Assembly: GCA_900553015.1 (NCBI GenBank)
Contig: USBY01000018.1
Location: 1-30,209, forward strand
DNA length: 30,209 nucleotides
DNA from: an uncultured Clostridium sp.
GTDB lineage: Bacteria; Bacillota; Clostridia; TANB77; CAG-508
Direction: 5' to 3'
Of the stretch, positions 18,101 through 26,092 are shown one piece after another (the first letter of the stretch is position 1; every line of letters begins with the position of its first letter). Position numbers and translations under genes: made by a program. Under the pieces are notes generated by a model. The model did not search any database. It saw only the letters and a list, made by a program, of their open reading frames with translations, and was not told where the DNA came from.

Positions 18101-19672
18101 GTGAACAAAGAGGAAAAACTAAAAAAAGAGCAAAAAGCAAAAGAAATAAACAAATTGAAAGGTTTAAGAATAACATTAATAGTATTTATTATAATTTTGT
18201 TATCTTTAATATCTTTTGTAGGCATATATGTAAAAGATAAAAACGAAATGTCAGATGTTATTCCAGACTTCATATTAGGTTCAGATATAGAAGGAAATAG
18301 AATAATTCAATTAAATGTCGAACAAGACGAAACAGTAACGTTAACAGATTCAACAGGTGCTAAGATTGCATCAGGAACAGAAGAAGAGCTTTCAAGCCAA
18401 GGCTATACGGAAGATGTTATTACAGAGAATGGTTATACAAAAACATCAGAAGAAACAAATAAGGCAGAAAATTTAACTGCTGAAAATTATGAAAAATCAA
18501 AACAAATATTAATAAATAGACTAAAAACATCTGGAGTTACAGATTACAAAGTAAGACAAGATAAAGACAATGGGAATATAGTTGTAGAATTAAAAGAAGA
18601 CAAGTTAACAGATGATATAATATCAACATTATCAGAAGTAGGAAAATTCGAATTAAAAGATTCAGATACAGAAGAAATATTATTAAACAATGATGATGTA
18701 AAAGATGCTAGAGTTTTATATAATAATACACAATCAGGAGTTAACGTGTATTTAGAAATAGAATTTAATAAACAAGGAAAAGAAAAATTACAAGAGATAT
18801 CAAAAACATACAACAGTAATGCAGAAACAGAGGATACAACAAATACAGTAGATAACAATACAGTATCTAATGAAATAACAGAGGAAGACTTAAATGCTGC
18901 AGAAACAGCAAATGAAGCTACAAATACAACAACTGACGGAACAACAGATACAGAAGAAACATCATCTAAGAAAATAGATATGGTAATAGATGGAACTACA
19001 ATTGCACCAGGACAACAATTTTCTGAGGAAAATACAACAGGAACATTAGACTTGTTAATTGGAACAGGAAGTGCATTAAGTACAGATGATGAAAACAACA
19101 AATTAGATACATATATAACACAAGCTCAAACAATGGCTTCATTAATAAAAAATGGTGTAATGCCAATTACATATTCATTAGAAAGCAATAAATATATAGA
19201 ATCTCCAATAACAGTAGATTTATTAAAAAATGTAATTATAGTATTAGGAGCTATTGCAGTAGTATTATTTATCTTCTTAATAATTAAATTTAGAGTAAAT
19301 GGAATACTTGCAACAATATCTAATGTTGGATTTATTGCAGTTATATTATTAATTTTAAGACTTACTAATGTAGAAGTAGGAATTGGTGGAATTATAGGAT
19401 TAGCATTAATACAATTATTAAATTATGTATTACTTTACATGTTATTAAAAGCTGTAAAAGGTAAGAAAGATAATGACAAAGTAATGAAGAGTGTACTTGT
19501 AAAATTCTGTATGATGTCTGTACCAGCATATATAATTGCTATTGTATTTGCATTCAACTCATTTATTCCAATATATAGTTTTGGAATGGTTGTTTTCTGG
19601 GGAATTACAGCATCAGTTATATATAATTTACTTGTAACTAAAAATTTAATTATAAAAGCAGAAGAAAAATAA
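18101..19672 (+). CDS. secD: SecD-like protein-export membrane protein (divergent, with acidic Thr-rich insertion)
   Basis: ILINRLKTSGVTDYKVRQDKDNGNIVVELKEDKL resembles the SecD periplasmic P1 head region (compared from memory to E. coli SecD). One N-terminal TM plus 5-6 C-terminal TMs. Synteny queA-tgt-...-secD-secF. GTG start with AAGGAGG SD. Confidence 0.5.
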   Translation: MNKEEKLKKEQKAKEINKLKGLRITLIVFIIILLSLISFVGIYVKDKNEMSDVIPDFILGSDIEGNRIIQLNVEQDETVTLTDSTGAKIASGTEEELSSQGYTEDVITENGYTKTSEETNKAENLTAENYEKSKQILINRLKTSGVTDYKVRQDKDNGNIVVELKEDKLTDDIISTLSEVGKFELKDSDTEEILLNNDDVKDARVLYNNTQSGVNVYLEIEFNKQGKEKLQEISKTYNSNAETEDTTNTVDNNTVSNEITEEDLNAAETANEATNTTTDGTTDTEETSSKKIDMVIDGTTIAPGQQFSEENTTGTLDLLIGTGSALSTDDENNKLDTYITQAQTMASLIKNGVMPITYSLESNKYIESPITVDLLKNVIIVLGAIAVVLFIFLIIKFRVNGILATISNVGFIAVILLILRLTNVEVGIGGIIGLALIQLLNYVLLYMLLKAVKGKKDNDKVMKSVLVKFCMMSVPAYIIAIVFAFNSFIPIYSFGMVVFWGITASVIYNLLVTKNLIIKAEEK

Positions 19673-19689
19673 TATGAGAGGGTGAAAAG

Positions 19690-20376
19690 ATGGAACGCAA
19701 AAAAACTAATATGAAAAATAAAATACTATATCTTTTAATAGCAATTATAATAATTGCAGGTATAGTTGTTGGATGTACAGCAAAGTTTAAATTTAGTTTA
19801 GCATATGATGATTCTAATAGAATCGAAGTTTATATTGGTAAAGATTATACAAAATCTGATGTAGAGTCTATTGCTAAAGAAGTGTTTGGAACAAATGATG
19901 TATTAATACAAAAAATAGAATTCTTTAATGATTCTGTAGCAATTACAGTAAGAGAAAGTAATGATGAACAATTAAATAACTTAGTAACAAAAATAAATGA
20001 AAAATATGAAACATCTTTAACAAAAGATGATTTAACTGTAGTAGAAATACCTCATTACAGAGGAAGAGACTTAATAGCAAATTATGTTTGGCCTATAGCA
20101 ATTTCAGCTGCTCTAATTATTGTTTATGAAGCAATAAGATTTAGAAAATTAGGAGTAGTAAAAGTTGTAGCAAAATTAATAATTTGGCCAATAGTAATAG
20201 AAGCACTATATTTAAGTGTTTTAGCAATAACTAGAATACCTATTAGTTATTACACATTACCATTAGGAATTATATTAGCAGTATTAACATTAACAATTAT
20301 TACATATAAAAATGAAAAGAAATTAGTAGAATATAATAGAAAGAAAAATAAGGCTAGTGAAGAAGAAAAAGAATAA
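19690..20376 (+). CDS. secF: SecF-like membrane protein (short form)
   Basis: One N-terminal TM, a soluble domain, then 3-4 C-terminal TMs; position immediately after the SecD-like gene. Confidence 0.4.
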   Translation: MERKKTNMKNKILYLLIAIIIIAGIVVGCTAKFKFSLAYDDSNRIEVYIGKDYTKSDVESIAKEVFGTNDVLIQKIEFFNDSVAITVRESNDEQLNNLVTKINEKYETSLTKDDLTVVEIPHYRGRDLIANYVWPIAISAALIIVYEAIRFRKLGVVKVVAKLIIWPIVIEALYLSVLAITRIPISYYTLPLGIILAVLTLTIITYKNEKKLVEYNRKKNKASEEEKE

Positions 20377-20385
20377 AATAATAAA

Positions 20386-20462
20386 CGGGATTTGGAAACC
20401 TCATGTGGGATTTGGAAAAGTTCCTTCGGGATTTGGGGACGTTCCTTAAATCCCGTTTTTTA
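20386..20462 (+). terminator. Three tandem ~21-nt GGGATTTGG(RR)A(MN)TTCCTTC direct repeats; the last forms the terminator hairpin CGGGATTT...AAATCCCG plus T7
   Basis: Repeats start at 20386, 20407 and 20427; T-run at 20456-20462; same family as the ileS terminator. Confidence 0.7.
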
Positions 20463-20567
20463 TTATATAGGAAAAATCGGCAGATTTTTCCGGAGTAACA
20501 AGGTTAAGTTACCTTAGTCAGTACGATTGCGAAGCAATCGTACATGCGGAGAAGCACTTTTCTTATT
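20461..20567 (+). repeat. Conserved ~100-nt hairpin-containing intergenic element, copy A
   Basis: Starts TATTATATAGGAAAAA immediately after a terminator. Contains the perfect 10-bp hairpin GTACGATTGC-GAA-GCAATCGTAC and ends CTTTTCTTATT. About 75% identical over ~80 nt to copy B at 23421-23518. Confidence 0.6.
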
Positions 20568-20580
20568 AGATATAAGACCT

Positions 20581-20619
20581 AAAAAATACAGGATAAAATA
20601 TTTCATCCTGTATTTTTTA
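20581..20619. terminator. Bidirectional terminator (tyrS 3' end)
   Basis: A6-ACAGGAT-(loop)-ATCCTGT-T7. Confidence 0.7.
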
Positions 20620-21831
20620 CTATTTTTGTAATTTGTAATAAGATTTCTTTCCTTTTTTTAGAATTGCAAATCCATCTTTAAAATCTGTATCTGAAAGTAT
20701 ATAGTTTGTATCAGATATTTTTGTATCATTTAAAGATATACCGCCTTGTGTAATTAATTGACGTGCTTGACCTTTTGATGGTGCAAATCCAACTTGAATT
20801 ATTGCATCTAATATAGAAATATTACCTGCAACTGTTGCAGTTGGCATATTGTCTAAACTACCTTGTCCACCAAATAGAGCATTAGAAGCTTCTTCTGCTT
20901 TTTTAGCTTCTTCTTCGCCATGAATTAATTTTGTTATTTCGTATGCAGCTACTTTTTTAGCTTCGTTTATTTTTTCATCTTTTAGATTAGAAAGTTCTTC
21001 AACTTTTTCCATAGGTAAGAAAGTAAGTAAACTTAAAACAGTTTTTACATCAGCATCATCAATATTTCTCCAATATTGATAAAAATCATATGGTGATGTT
21101 TTTGTTGCATCTAACCAAAGAGCACCTTTTTCTGTTTTACCCATTTTTTTACCTTCTTTTGTTGTAAGAAGTTTAAATGTAAGACCATAAGAATCAGAAT
21201 GTCCAATTCTTCTTATTAAGTCAACACCACCTAAAATGTTTGACCATTGGTCGTTTCCACCCATTTGTAATTTACAACCATATTTATCATGTAAATATAA
21301 GAAGTCATATGATTGCATTAACATATAGCTAAGTTCGAAGAATGTTAAACCTCTTTCCATTCTTTGCTTATAACATTCTGCAGCAAGCATTTTATTAACA
21401 GAAAATAATGAACCGATTTCTCTTGCAAAGTTAATAAATTTTAAATCTAGCAACCAATCTGCATTGTTAACTATTATTGCAGCATTTTCACCTTCGAAAG
21501 ATAAAAATTTAGCAATTTGCTTTTTAAAACATTCAACATTATGATCTATTTCTTCTCTAGACATCATTCTTCTCATATCTGTTTTACCAGAAGGGTCACC
21601 TATTGTAGCTGTACCACCACCAATTAAAATAATTGGTCTATGTCCTGCTTTTTGCATATGTGATGCAACCATTAAAGAAATAAAATGTCCTACATGTAAA
21701 CTATCTGCAGTTGGATCAAATCCTATATAAAATGATATTGATTCATTATCTAATAAATTTTTAATTTCTTCTGGATGTGTTAATTGTTCTGTATAACCTC
21801 TTTGTGTTAATTTCTCAAAAATATTAGACAT
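20620..21831 (-). CDS. tyrS: Tyrosyl-tRNA synthetase
   Basis: HIGH motif [16 protein letters not shown]-type KMGKT, C-terminal S4-like domain; AGGAGG SD. Confidence 0.95.
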   Translation of the reverse strand: MSNIFEKLTQRGYTEQLTHPEEIKNLLDNESISFYIGFDPTADSLHVGHFISLMVASHMQKAGHRPIILIGGGTATIGDPSGKTDMRRMMSREEIDHNVECFKKQIAKFLSFEGENAAIIVNNADWLLDLKFINFAREIGSLFSVNKMLAAECYKQRMERGLTFFELSYMLMQSYDFLYLHDKYGCKLQMGGNDQWSNILGGVDLIRRIGHSDSYGLTFKLLTTKEGKKMGKTEKGALWLDATKTSPYDFYQYWRNIDDADVKTVLSLLTFLPMEKVEELSNLKDEKINEAKKVAAYEITKLIHGEEEAKKAEEASNALFGGQGSLDNMPTATVAGNISILDAIIQVGFAPSKGQARQLITQGGISLNDTKISDTNYILSDTDFKDGFAILKKGKKSYYKLQK

Positions 21832-21843
21832 AAAACGTCCTCC

Positions 21844-22101
21844 TTATAAATTGATATCTATATTATTTTTTTCTTTTTTTACAGCTTTAATAAAGTCTTT
21901 ATTATTCATAAATCTATTTATATTTGATTCATCAATTCCAGTACCTTTACTTATATCTGCAACTGAAGCATCTTCTATTTGATTAGTTAAAAAAGTTTTT
22001 AATTTTGACATTTCAAAATTATCTTTTGGTGCACAATTTGGGCAAATATCATCTACTGATGAAAAAAAGCATCCACAACGTAAACATTTCTTAAAATTCA
22101 T
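21844..22101 (-). CDS. Small zinc-ribbon / HTH-like protein (YvyF/TIGR03826-like)
   Basis: CLRCGC-x-CPNC Cys4 ribbon, then FLTNQ...ADISKGTGIDESNINRF helix-turn-helix-like segment. Start probably the second ATG (MNFKK), 12 nt after an AAAGGA SD. Ends 12 nt upstream of tyrS. Confidence 0.45.
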   Translation of the reverse strand: MNFKKCLRCGCFFSSVDDICPNCAPKDNFEMSKLKTFLTNQIEDASVADISKGTGIDESNINRFMNNKDFIKAVKKEKNNIDINL

Positions 22102-22228
22102 AATTAAGTTCATTCCTTTCTAGTTTGATTATAAATTAAATAAATTTTCTAGCAGTATTCTATCATAAAATACTACAAAAAAAAACTAAATATTACAAAA
22201 AACATATATAAATTTATTAAAAAAAGTG

Positions 22229-22271
22229 TTGACAATTATTTGTTGTTATGCCATAATGATAATGGTTATCA
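22229..22271 (+). promoter_or_regulatory. Sigma-A promoter with overlapping Fur/PerR-type box
   Basis: TTGACA (22229-22234), 17-nt spacer, CATAAT (22252-22257). TGATAATGGTTATCA (22257-22271) is a 7-1-7 Fur-box-like inverted repeat at the -10/+1 position. Confidence 0.6.
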
Positions 22272-22285
22272 CTTAAGGAGATGTT

Positions 22286-22690
22286 ATGGAAAGATATAGT
22301 AAGCAAAGAGAGTTAATATTAAACGTTTTAAAAGAAAGAAACGACCATCCAACTGCAGAAATGCTATATAAAGATATAATAAAAATTATGCCAACTATAG
22401 GTATTGCAACAGTATATAGGAATTTAGCAGCATTATATGAAAGTGGTCAGATATTAAAAATAGAAACTAAACAAGGGGAATCAGATAGGTTTGATGGAAA
22501 TCTTACACCTCATCTTCATTTTCAATGTTTAGAATGTAATGAAATACAAGATATCTTTTTAGATGAATGTGATAATGAAAAACTTAACGAAAAACTAAAA
22601 GAATTTGCGAATATTATCAATGCAGAAGTAACAAGTTCCAAAATTATTTTAAAAGGAAAATGTGAAAAATGCAAAAATAAGGAAAGATAA
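22286..22690 (+). CDS. Fur family metalloregulator (PerR-like by context)
   Basis: 134 aa; N-terminal winged-helix region; HLHFQCLEC and C-terminal CEKC give the Cys4 structural Zn site; adjacent to rubrerythrin. Confidence 0.8.
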   Translation: MERYSKQRELILNVLKERNDHPTAEMLYKDIIKIMPTIGIATVYRNLAALYESGQILKIETKQGESDRFDGNLTPHLHFQCLECNEIQDIFLDECDNEKLNEKLKEFANIINAEVTSSKIILKGKCEKCKNKER

Positions 22691-22799
22691 AATCCATATA
22701 TGCAAATCTCACAGGTTTAGGTAGCCTAACTTTGTTGTTTCAGAAAAATCTAACGATTTTTCTTACAAAATAAAATTTTATATTATAGGAGGAATAAAA

Positions 22800-23351
22800 A
22801 TGAAAGCTTATGTATGTAAAGTATGTGGATATGTACACATTGGAGATGAAGCTCCAGAAAAATGCCCACAATGTGGAGCTAGCAAAGACAAATTTGAATT
22901 AAAAGATATGAGTGGAGATAAAGACTATGCAGATGAACACAAAATCGGTGTAGCTCAAGGTTTAGATGAAGAAGTTGTTAAAGGATTAAAAGATAACTTT
23001 ATGGGAGAATGTACAGAAGTTGGTATGTACATAGCTATGAGTCGTCAAGCTGATAGAGATGGATACCCAGAAATAGCAGAAGCATTTAAAAGATATGCTT
23101 TAGAAGAAGCTGAACATGCTGCTAAATTTGCAGAACTATTAGGAGAAGTTGTTTATGCAGATACTAAGAAAAACTTAGAATTAAGAGCAGCTGCAGAACA
23201 AGGTGCTTGCATGGGTAAAAAAGAATTAGCTACAAGAGCTAAAGAATTAGGATATGATGCTATACATGATACAGTTCATGAAATGGCTAAAGATGAAGCT
23301 CGTCATGGAAGAGGATTTGACGGATTATTAAAAAGATATTTTTCTAAATAA
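22800..23351 (+). CDS. rbr: Reverse rubrerythrin (N-terminal rubredoxin-like domain, C-terminal diiron ferritin-like domain)
   Basis: CKVCGYVH...CPQCG rubredoxin Cys4 at the N-terminus; E-x-x-H diiron motifs ([15 protein letters not shown]) in the C-terminal half. Confidence 0.85.
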   Translation: MKAYVCKVCGYVHIGDEAPEKCPQCGASKDKFELKDMSGDKDYADEHKIGVAQGLDEEVVKGLKDNFMGECTEVGMYIAMSRQADRDGYPEIAEAFKRYALEEAEHAAKFAELLGEVVYADTKKNLELRAAAEQGACMGKKELATRAKELGYDAIHDTVHEMAKDEARHGRGFDGLLKRYFSK

Positions 23352-23378
23352 TATTTATTAATAATCAGTATGATAAAA

Positions 23379-23421
23379 CGAATATAGGATGTTAATATTA
23401 CACATCTTATATTCGCTTTTT
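23379..23421 (+). terminator. Intrinsic terminator of rbr
   Basis: CGAATATAGGATG-ttaatattaca-CATCTTATATTCG (one G.U pair) followed by CTTTTT. Confidence 0.7.
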
Positions 23422-23518
23422 ATTATATAGGAAAAAGCATATATAACAAGGATAAGTTACCTATATTCGTGAGATTGCAAAGCAATCTGCCCATATAGCG
23501 AAGCTACTTTTCTTATTT
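23421..23518 (+). repeat. Conserved ~100-nt hairpin-containing intergenic element, copy B
   Basis: Starts TATTATATAGGAAAAA directly after the terminator; hairpin AGATTGC-AAA-GCAATCT; ends CTTTTCTTATTT. Confidence 0.6.
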
Positions 23519-23577
23519 ACAAATAAAAAACAGTTATGGTATAATTAAATGGACTTAAAATTTAAGAAGGTGTGTTT

Positions 23578-23952
23578 ATGGCAGTATTATTATTTATCAT
23601 ATATATGCTAGTGCTGATAATCTTTGGTTTAGTCGTATTTGCTGTTATGCAAATAAAGATGGCGGGTTTAACAGTAAAAGACTTCTGGTCATTTATAGAG
23701 GCAAACCAAGAATTAGATAAATTAGACAAAATTGCAAAGAAATATGAAAAAATGACTACTCCTCAACAAATAATGTTCTTAAAAGAAGCTGAAAAGATAT
23801 TTAGTGCTTTTGATAAAGTACCTGCTTCTATTTGGGAAGAAGAAACAAATAAATATCAAAATGTTTTAGAAGCATATAAAGATATAAAAGTTATGAGATG
23901 GATAGAAAATGATAAGAGTAATGTAAAAGAGGAAGTTACAGATACAAAATAA
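23578..23952 (+). CDS. Hypothetical membrane-anchored protein (about 124 aa)
   Basis: SD AAGAAGG 7 nt before ATG 23578 (the GTG at 23572 is too close to the SD); N-terminal TM helix. Confidence 0.45.
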   Translation: MAVLLFIIYMLVLIIFGLVVFAVMQIKMAGLTVKDFWSFIEANQELDKLDKIAKKYEKMTTPQQIMFLKEAEKIFSAFDKVPASIWEEETNKYQNVLEAYKDIKVMRWIENDKSNVKEEVTDTK

Positions 23953-23978
23953 AAATTTAAAAAAAATGAAAAATTGTA

Positions 23979-24008
23979 TTGACAAATTATATATAAAGGT
24001 ATTATAAT
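23979..24008 (+). promoter_or_regulatory. Strong sigma-A promoter for tRNA-Leu
   Basis: TTGACA (23979-23984), 18-nt spacer, TATAAT (24003-24008). Confidence 0.65.
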
Positions 24009-24035
24009 AAGCATTGTCAGTTGCAAGACATTCAT

Positions 24036-24124
24036 GCAGATGTGGCGGAACTGGCAGACGCACAGGACTTAAAATCCTGCGAGGGTTAAACCTCGTGCCG
24101 GTTCGATTCCGGCCATCTGCACCA
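24036..24124 (+). tRNA. tRNA-Leu (anticodon UAA), CCA encoded
   Basis: Acceptor stem GCAGATG/CATCTGC, D-arm GGCGGAAcTGGcAGACGC, anticodon loop cUUAAaa, long variable arm CGAGGGTTAAACCTCGTG, T-arm GGTTCGATTCC, 3' ACCA. Confidence 0.9.
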
Positions 24125-24156
24125 AAAAAGAGTAGTTTAAAAACTACTCTTTTTTT
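24125..24156 (+). terminator. Intrinsic terminator after the tRNA
   Basis: AGAGTAGTTT-aa-AAACTACTCT followed by T7. Confidence 0.75.
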
Positions 24157-24182
24157 AGATGAAATAAAAGGGGAGAGTATAA

Positions 24183-25121
24183 ATGGAAGAAAAAAATAAA
24201 ACAGGAAAAAGGATATCTAATGTATTAAGGTATATTTGTGGAGTGTTTTTTATATTAACAGGATTTAGTGGAATGTTAATTAATAATATTTTGGCAGGAT
24301 TTTTTATGATGTTATTTGGAATATCTTTATTACCAGTACTATATAAAAAAACAAAATTAAACCAAATTAAGCATATACAAATTATTTTACCAATCATATT
24401 AATAATTATATATGGAATGAGTATGCCGGATGTACCAAATGTGACGTATACTAATATAATTGCCGATGTAGATACCAATACAAGTATAAGTACAAATATA
24501 GTGCAAGAGACTAAAAATATCGATATAACAAATTTAAAATTTAATGAAGCTGAAATAGAATTAGATATAAATGAATCAAAGAATATTACTTTAGAAATAG
24601 AACCAGAAAATGCTAATATTGACAGTTTAGAGTATTGTTCATCAAATGATAAAGTAGCAACTATAGAAAGAACAGATACAGACATAATTAAAAATAAAAT
24701 TACATTGAAGATAAATCCGATTGCAGAAGGAAATTGTGAAATTTTTGTTAAAACAAATAATGGACTAGAAAGTAATAGAGTAACAGTAAAAATAATTGAT
24801 AATAACAGAATAGAGCAAGAAAGAATAAAAGCAGAAGAACAAGCAAAGAAGGAAGCAGAAGAGCAGAAACAAAAACAAGTAGCTGCAGAAAGTGCAAGCA
24901 CAAAGAAAGAAGATACATCAACTTCTAAAACTACTACAACGACAAAGAAGAAAAATTCAAAAAGTACGTCGAATAATTCAAATGGAAAAACAGTATACAG
25001 AACTCCAACTGGGAAAAGATATCATTATGATCCAGATTGTGGAGGGAAAAATTCGTATTCAACAACTTTAGACGCGGCTTTATCAGCTGGATTAACACCT
25101 TGTAAAAAATGCGCTCAATAA
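24183..25121 (+). CDS. Membrane protein with Ig-like (Big_2-type) domain, K/E/T-rich linker and C-terminal Cys motif
   Basis: Two N-terminal TM helices; LEIEPENANIDSLEYCSSNDKVATIER resembles Big_2; C-terminal YHYDPDCGG...TPCKKCAQ. Confidence 0.5.
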   Translation: MEEKNKTGKRISNVLRYICGVFFILTGFSGMLINNILAGFFMMLFGISLLPVLYKKTKLNQIKHIQIILPIILIIIYGMSMPDVPNVTYTNIIADVDTNTSISTNIVQETKNIDITNLKFNEAEIELDINESKNITLEIEPENANIDSLEYCSSNDKVATIERTDTDIIKNKITLKINPIAEGNCEIFVKTNNGLESNRVTVKIIDNNRIEQERIKAEEQAKKEAEEQKQKQVAAESASTKKEDTSTSKTTTTTKKKNSKSTSNNSNGKTVYRTPTGKRYHYDPDCGGKNSYSTTLDAALSAGLTPCKKCAQ

Positions 25122-25175
25122 AAAAGTATATTCAGAAAAAATATTAAACCTCCTATTATAAAATAGGAGATTTAA

Positions 25176-25466
25176 TTATATTTCTAATTCTTTTAGTATC
25201 TGCTTATTCTGTTTTGTAGCAGGCCAAGAAATTGTAAAAAATAATATTATAAAGATAATAGCTAAAACTCCACCAATAATTGAGCTATAACGCATTATAG
25301 CTAAAGACTCGAAAAGAGCTATTAAAATAGCGTAAATTTTTCTATAATTTTTTACAAGAATTTGTTTTTGTTCATCTGAAGCTTTTTCTTTAACATTTTT
25401 TGCTAATAAAATATCTGGTTTAGCTATACTTATTATTAAAATTATTATTAAAAATAAATCTAACAT
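25176..25466 (-). CDS. Small membrane protein (about 97 aa, 2 TM)
   Basis: AGGAGG SD 7 nt upstream of the ATG for MLDLFLII...; the ORF track's longer N-terminal extension lacks an SD. Confidence 0.45.
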   Translation of the reverse strand: MLDLFLIIILIISIAKPDILLAKNVKEKASDEQKQILVKNYRKIYAILIALFESLAIMRYSSIIGGVLAIIFIILFFTISWPATKQNKQILKELEI

Positions 25467-25659
25467 AATATTTCCTCCTTTTTTAATTTTATTTAATATA
25501 TCATAAGAAAATAACATGAACAATACTAATTTGTCAAAAAGAGGATTACGTACTATTTTTGCTTTTTATAAGTAAATGTGCTATAATAAAGTTTGAGAAA
25601 CTCGTAGATTTATCACATCGCACATTAAGTGCAAAGCATAATAGGAGGAAGAAAGAAAT

Positions 25660-26025
25660 ATGAGAGAAATTGTAGCAGAAAGGGATGTAGTAGAAACAAT
25701 TAGGAAAGTAATTGTTAATTGCATTCGGGACAACAAGTGCGAAGGTACACAAATTTGGTTATCTGACGAAGTAGTACAGAAAATTAAAGAGCTTCAGATA
25801 TATGGAACCAGTAATTTTCCGTACGAAGGATATACTATGGCTGCTTTTAAGTTAAAAAGCGGAGAGCCGATGGAGATAACCTATAGTAGGGAAAAGAGCC
25901 TTGCTATAAAAAATTGGCATAACAATTGGAGCAACATGAATATTATAAAATTTGTGTACTTCCCAAACAGCGAAGAATATTTCTTCTTTGGAGCTACAAA
26001 GGAGAATATCTTAGTAATTAAGTAA
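25660..26025 (+). CDS. Hypothetical protein (121 aa); visibly more GC-rich than its neighbours
   Basis: SD AGGAGGAAGAAAGAAATATG. Possible extended -10 TGTGCTATAAT upstream. Followed by a long imperfect hairpin ACATGGCTTTCCTAC...GTAGGGGAGCCATGT. Confidence 0.5.
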   Translation: MREIVAERDVVETIRKVIVNCIRDNKCEGTQIWLSDEVVQKIKELQIYGTSNFPYEGYTMAAFKLKSGEPMEITYSREKSLAIKNWHNNWSNMNIIKFVYFPNSEEYFFFGATKENILVIK

Positions 26026-26092
26026 TCTCATGTTTCGTACATGGCTTTCCTACGTAAAAGTAGGGGAGCCATGTATTAGTTTATATAAAAGA

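Noticed and set aside
18085-19101. Minus-strand ORFs antisense to the SecD-like gene (18085-18273 and the 185-aa Ser/Val-rich ORF at 18544-19101)
   Set aside because: Mirror images of the acidic Thr/Glu-rich insert on the + strand (its codons read as Ser/Val on the opposite strand); no SD.
23866-24063. 65-aa minus-strand ORF antisense to the end of the 23578 gene and the tRNA promoter region
   Set aside because: Antisense, F/I/N-rich low-complexity translation, no SD.
24014-24199. 61-aa + strand ORF overlapping tRNA-Leu
   Set aside because: It exactly overlaps a canonical tRNA and its terminator; the translation (RCGGTGRRTG...) is the tRNA read as protein.
24155-24901. 248-aa minus-strand ORF antisense to the Ig-like membrane protein gene
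   Set aside because: Low-complexity Ser/Leu/Phe-rich translation mirroring the K/E/T-rich + strand gene; no SD; the + strand gene has an SD and domain content.
25546-25752. 68-aa minus-strand ORF overlapping the promoter and 5' end of the 25660 gene
   Set aside because: No SD; low-complexity translation; overlaps a better-supported + strand gene start.
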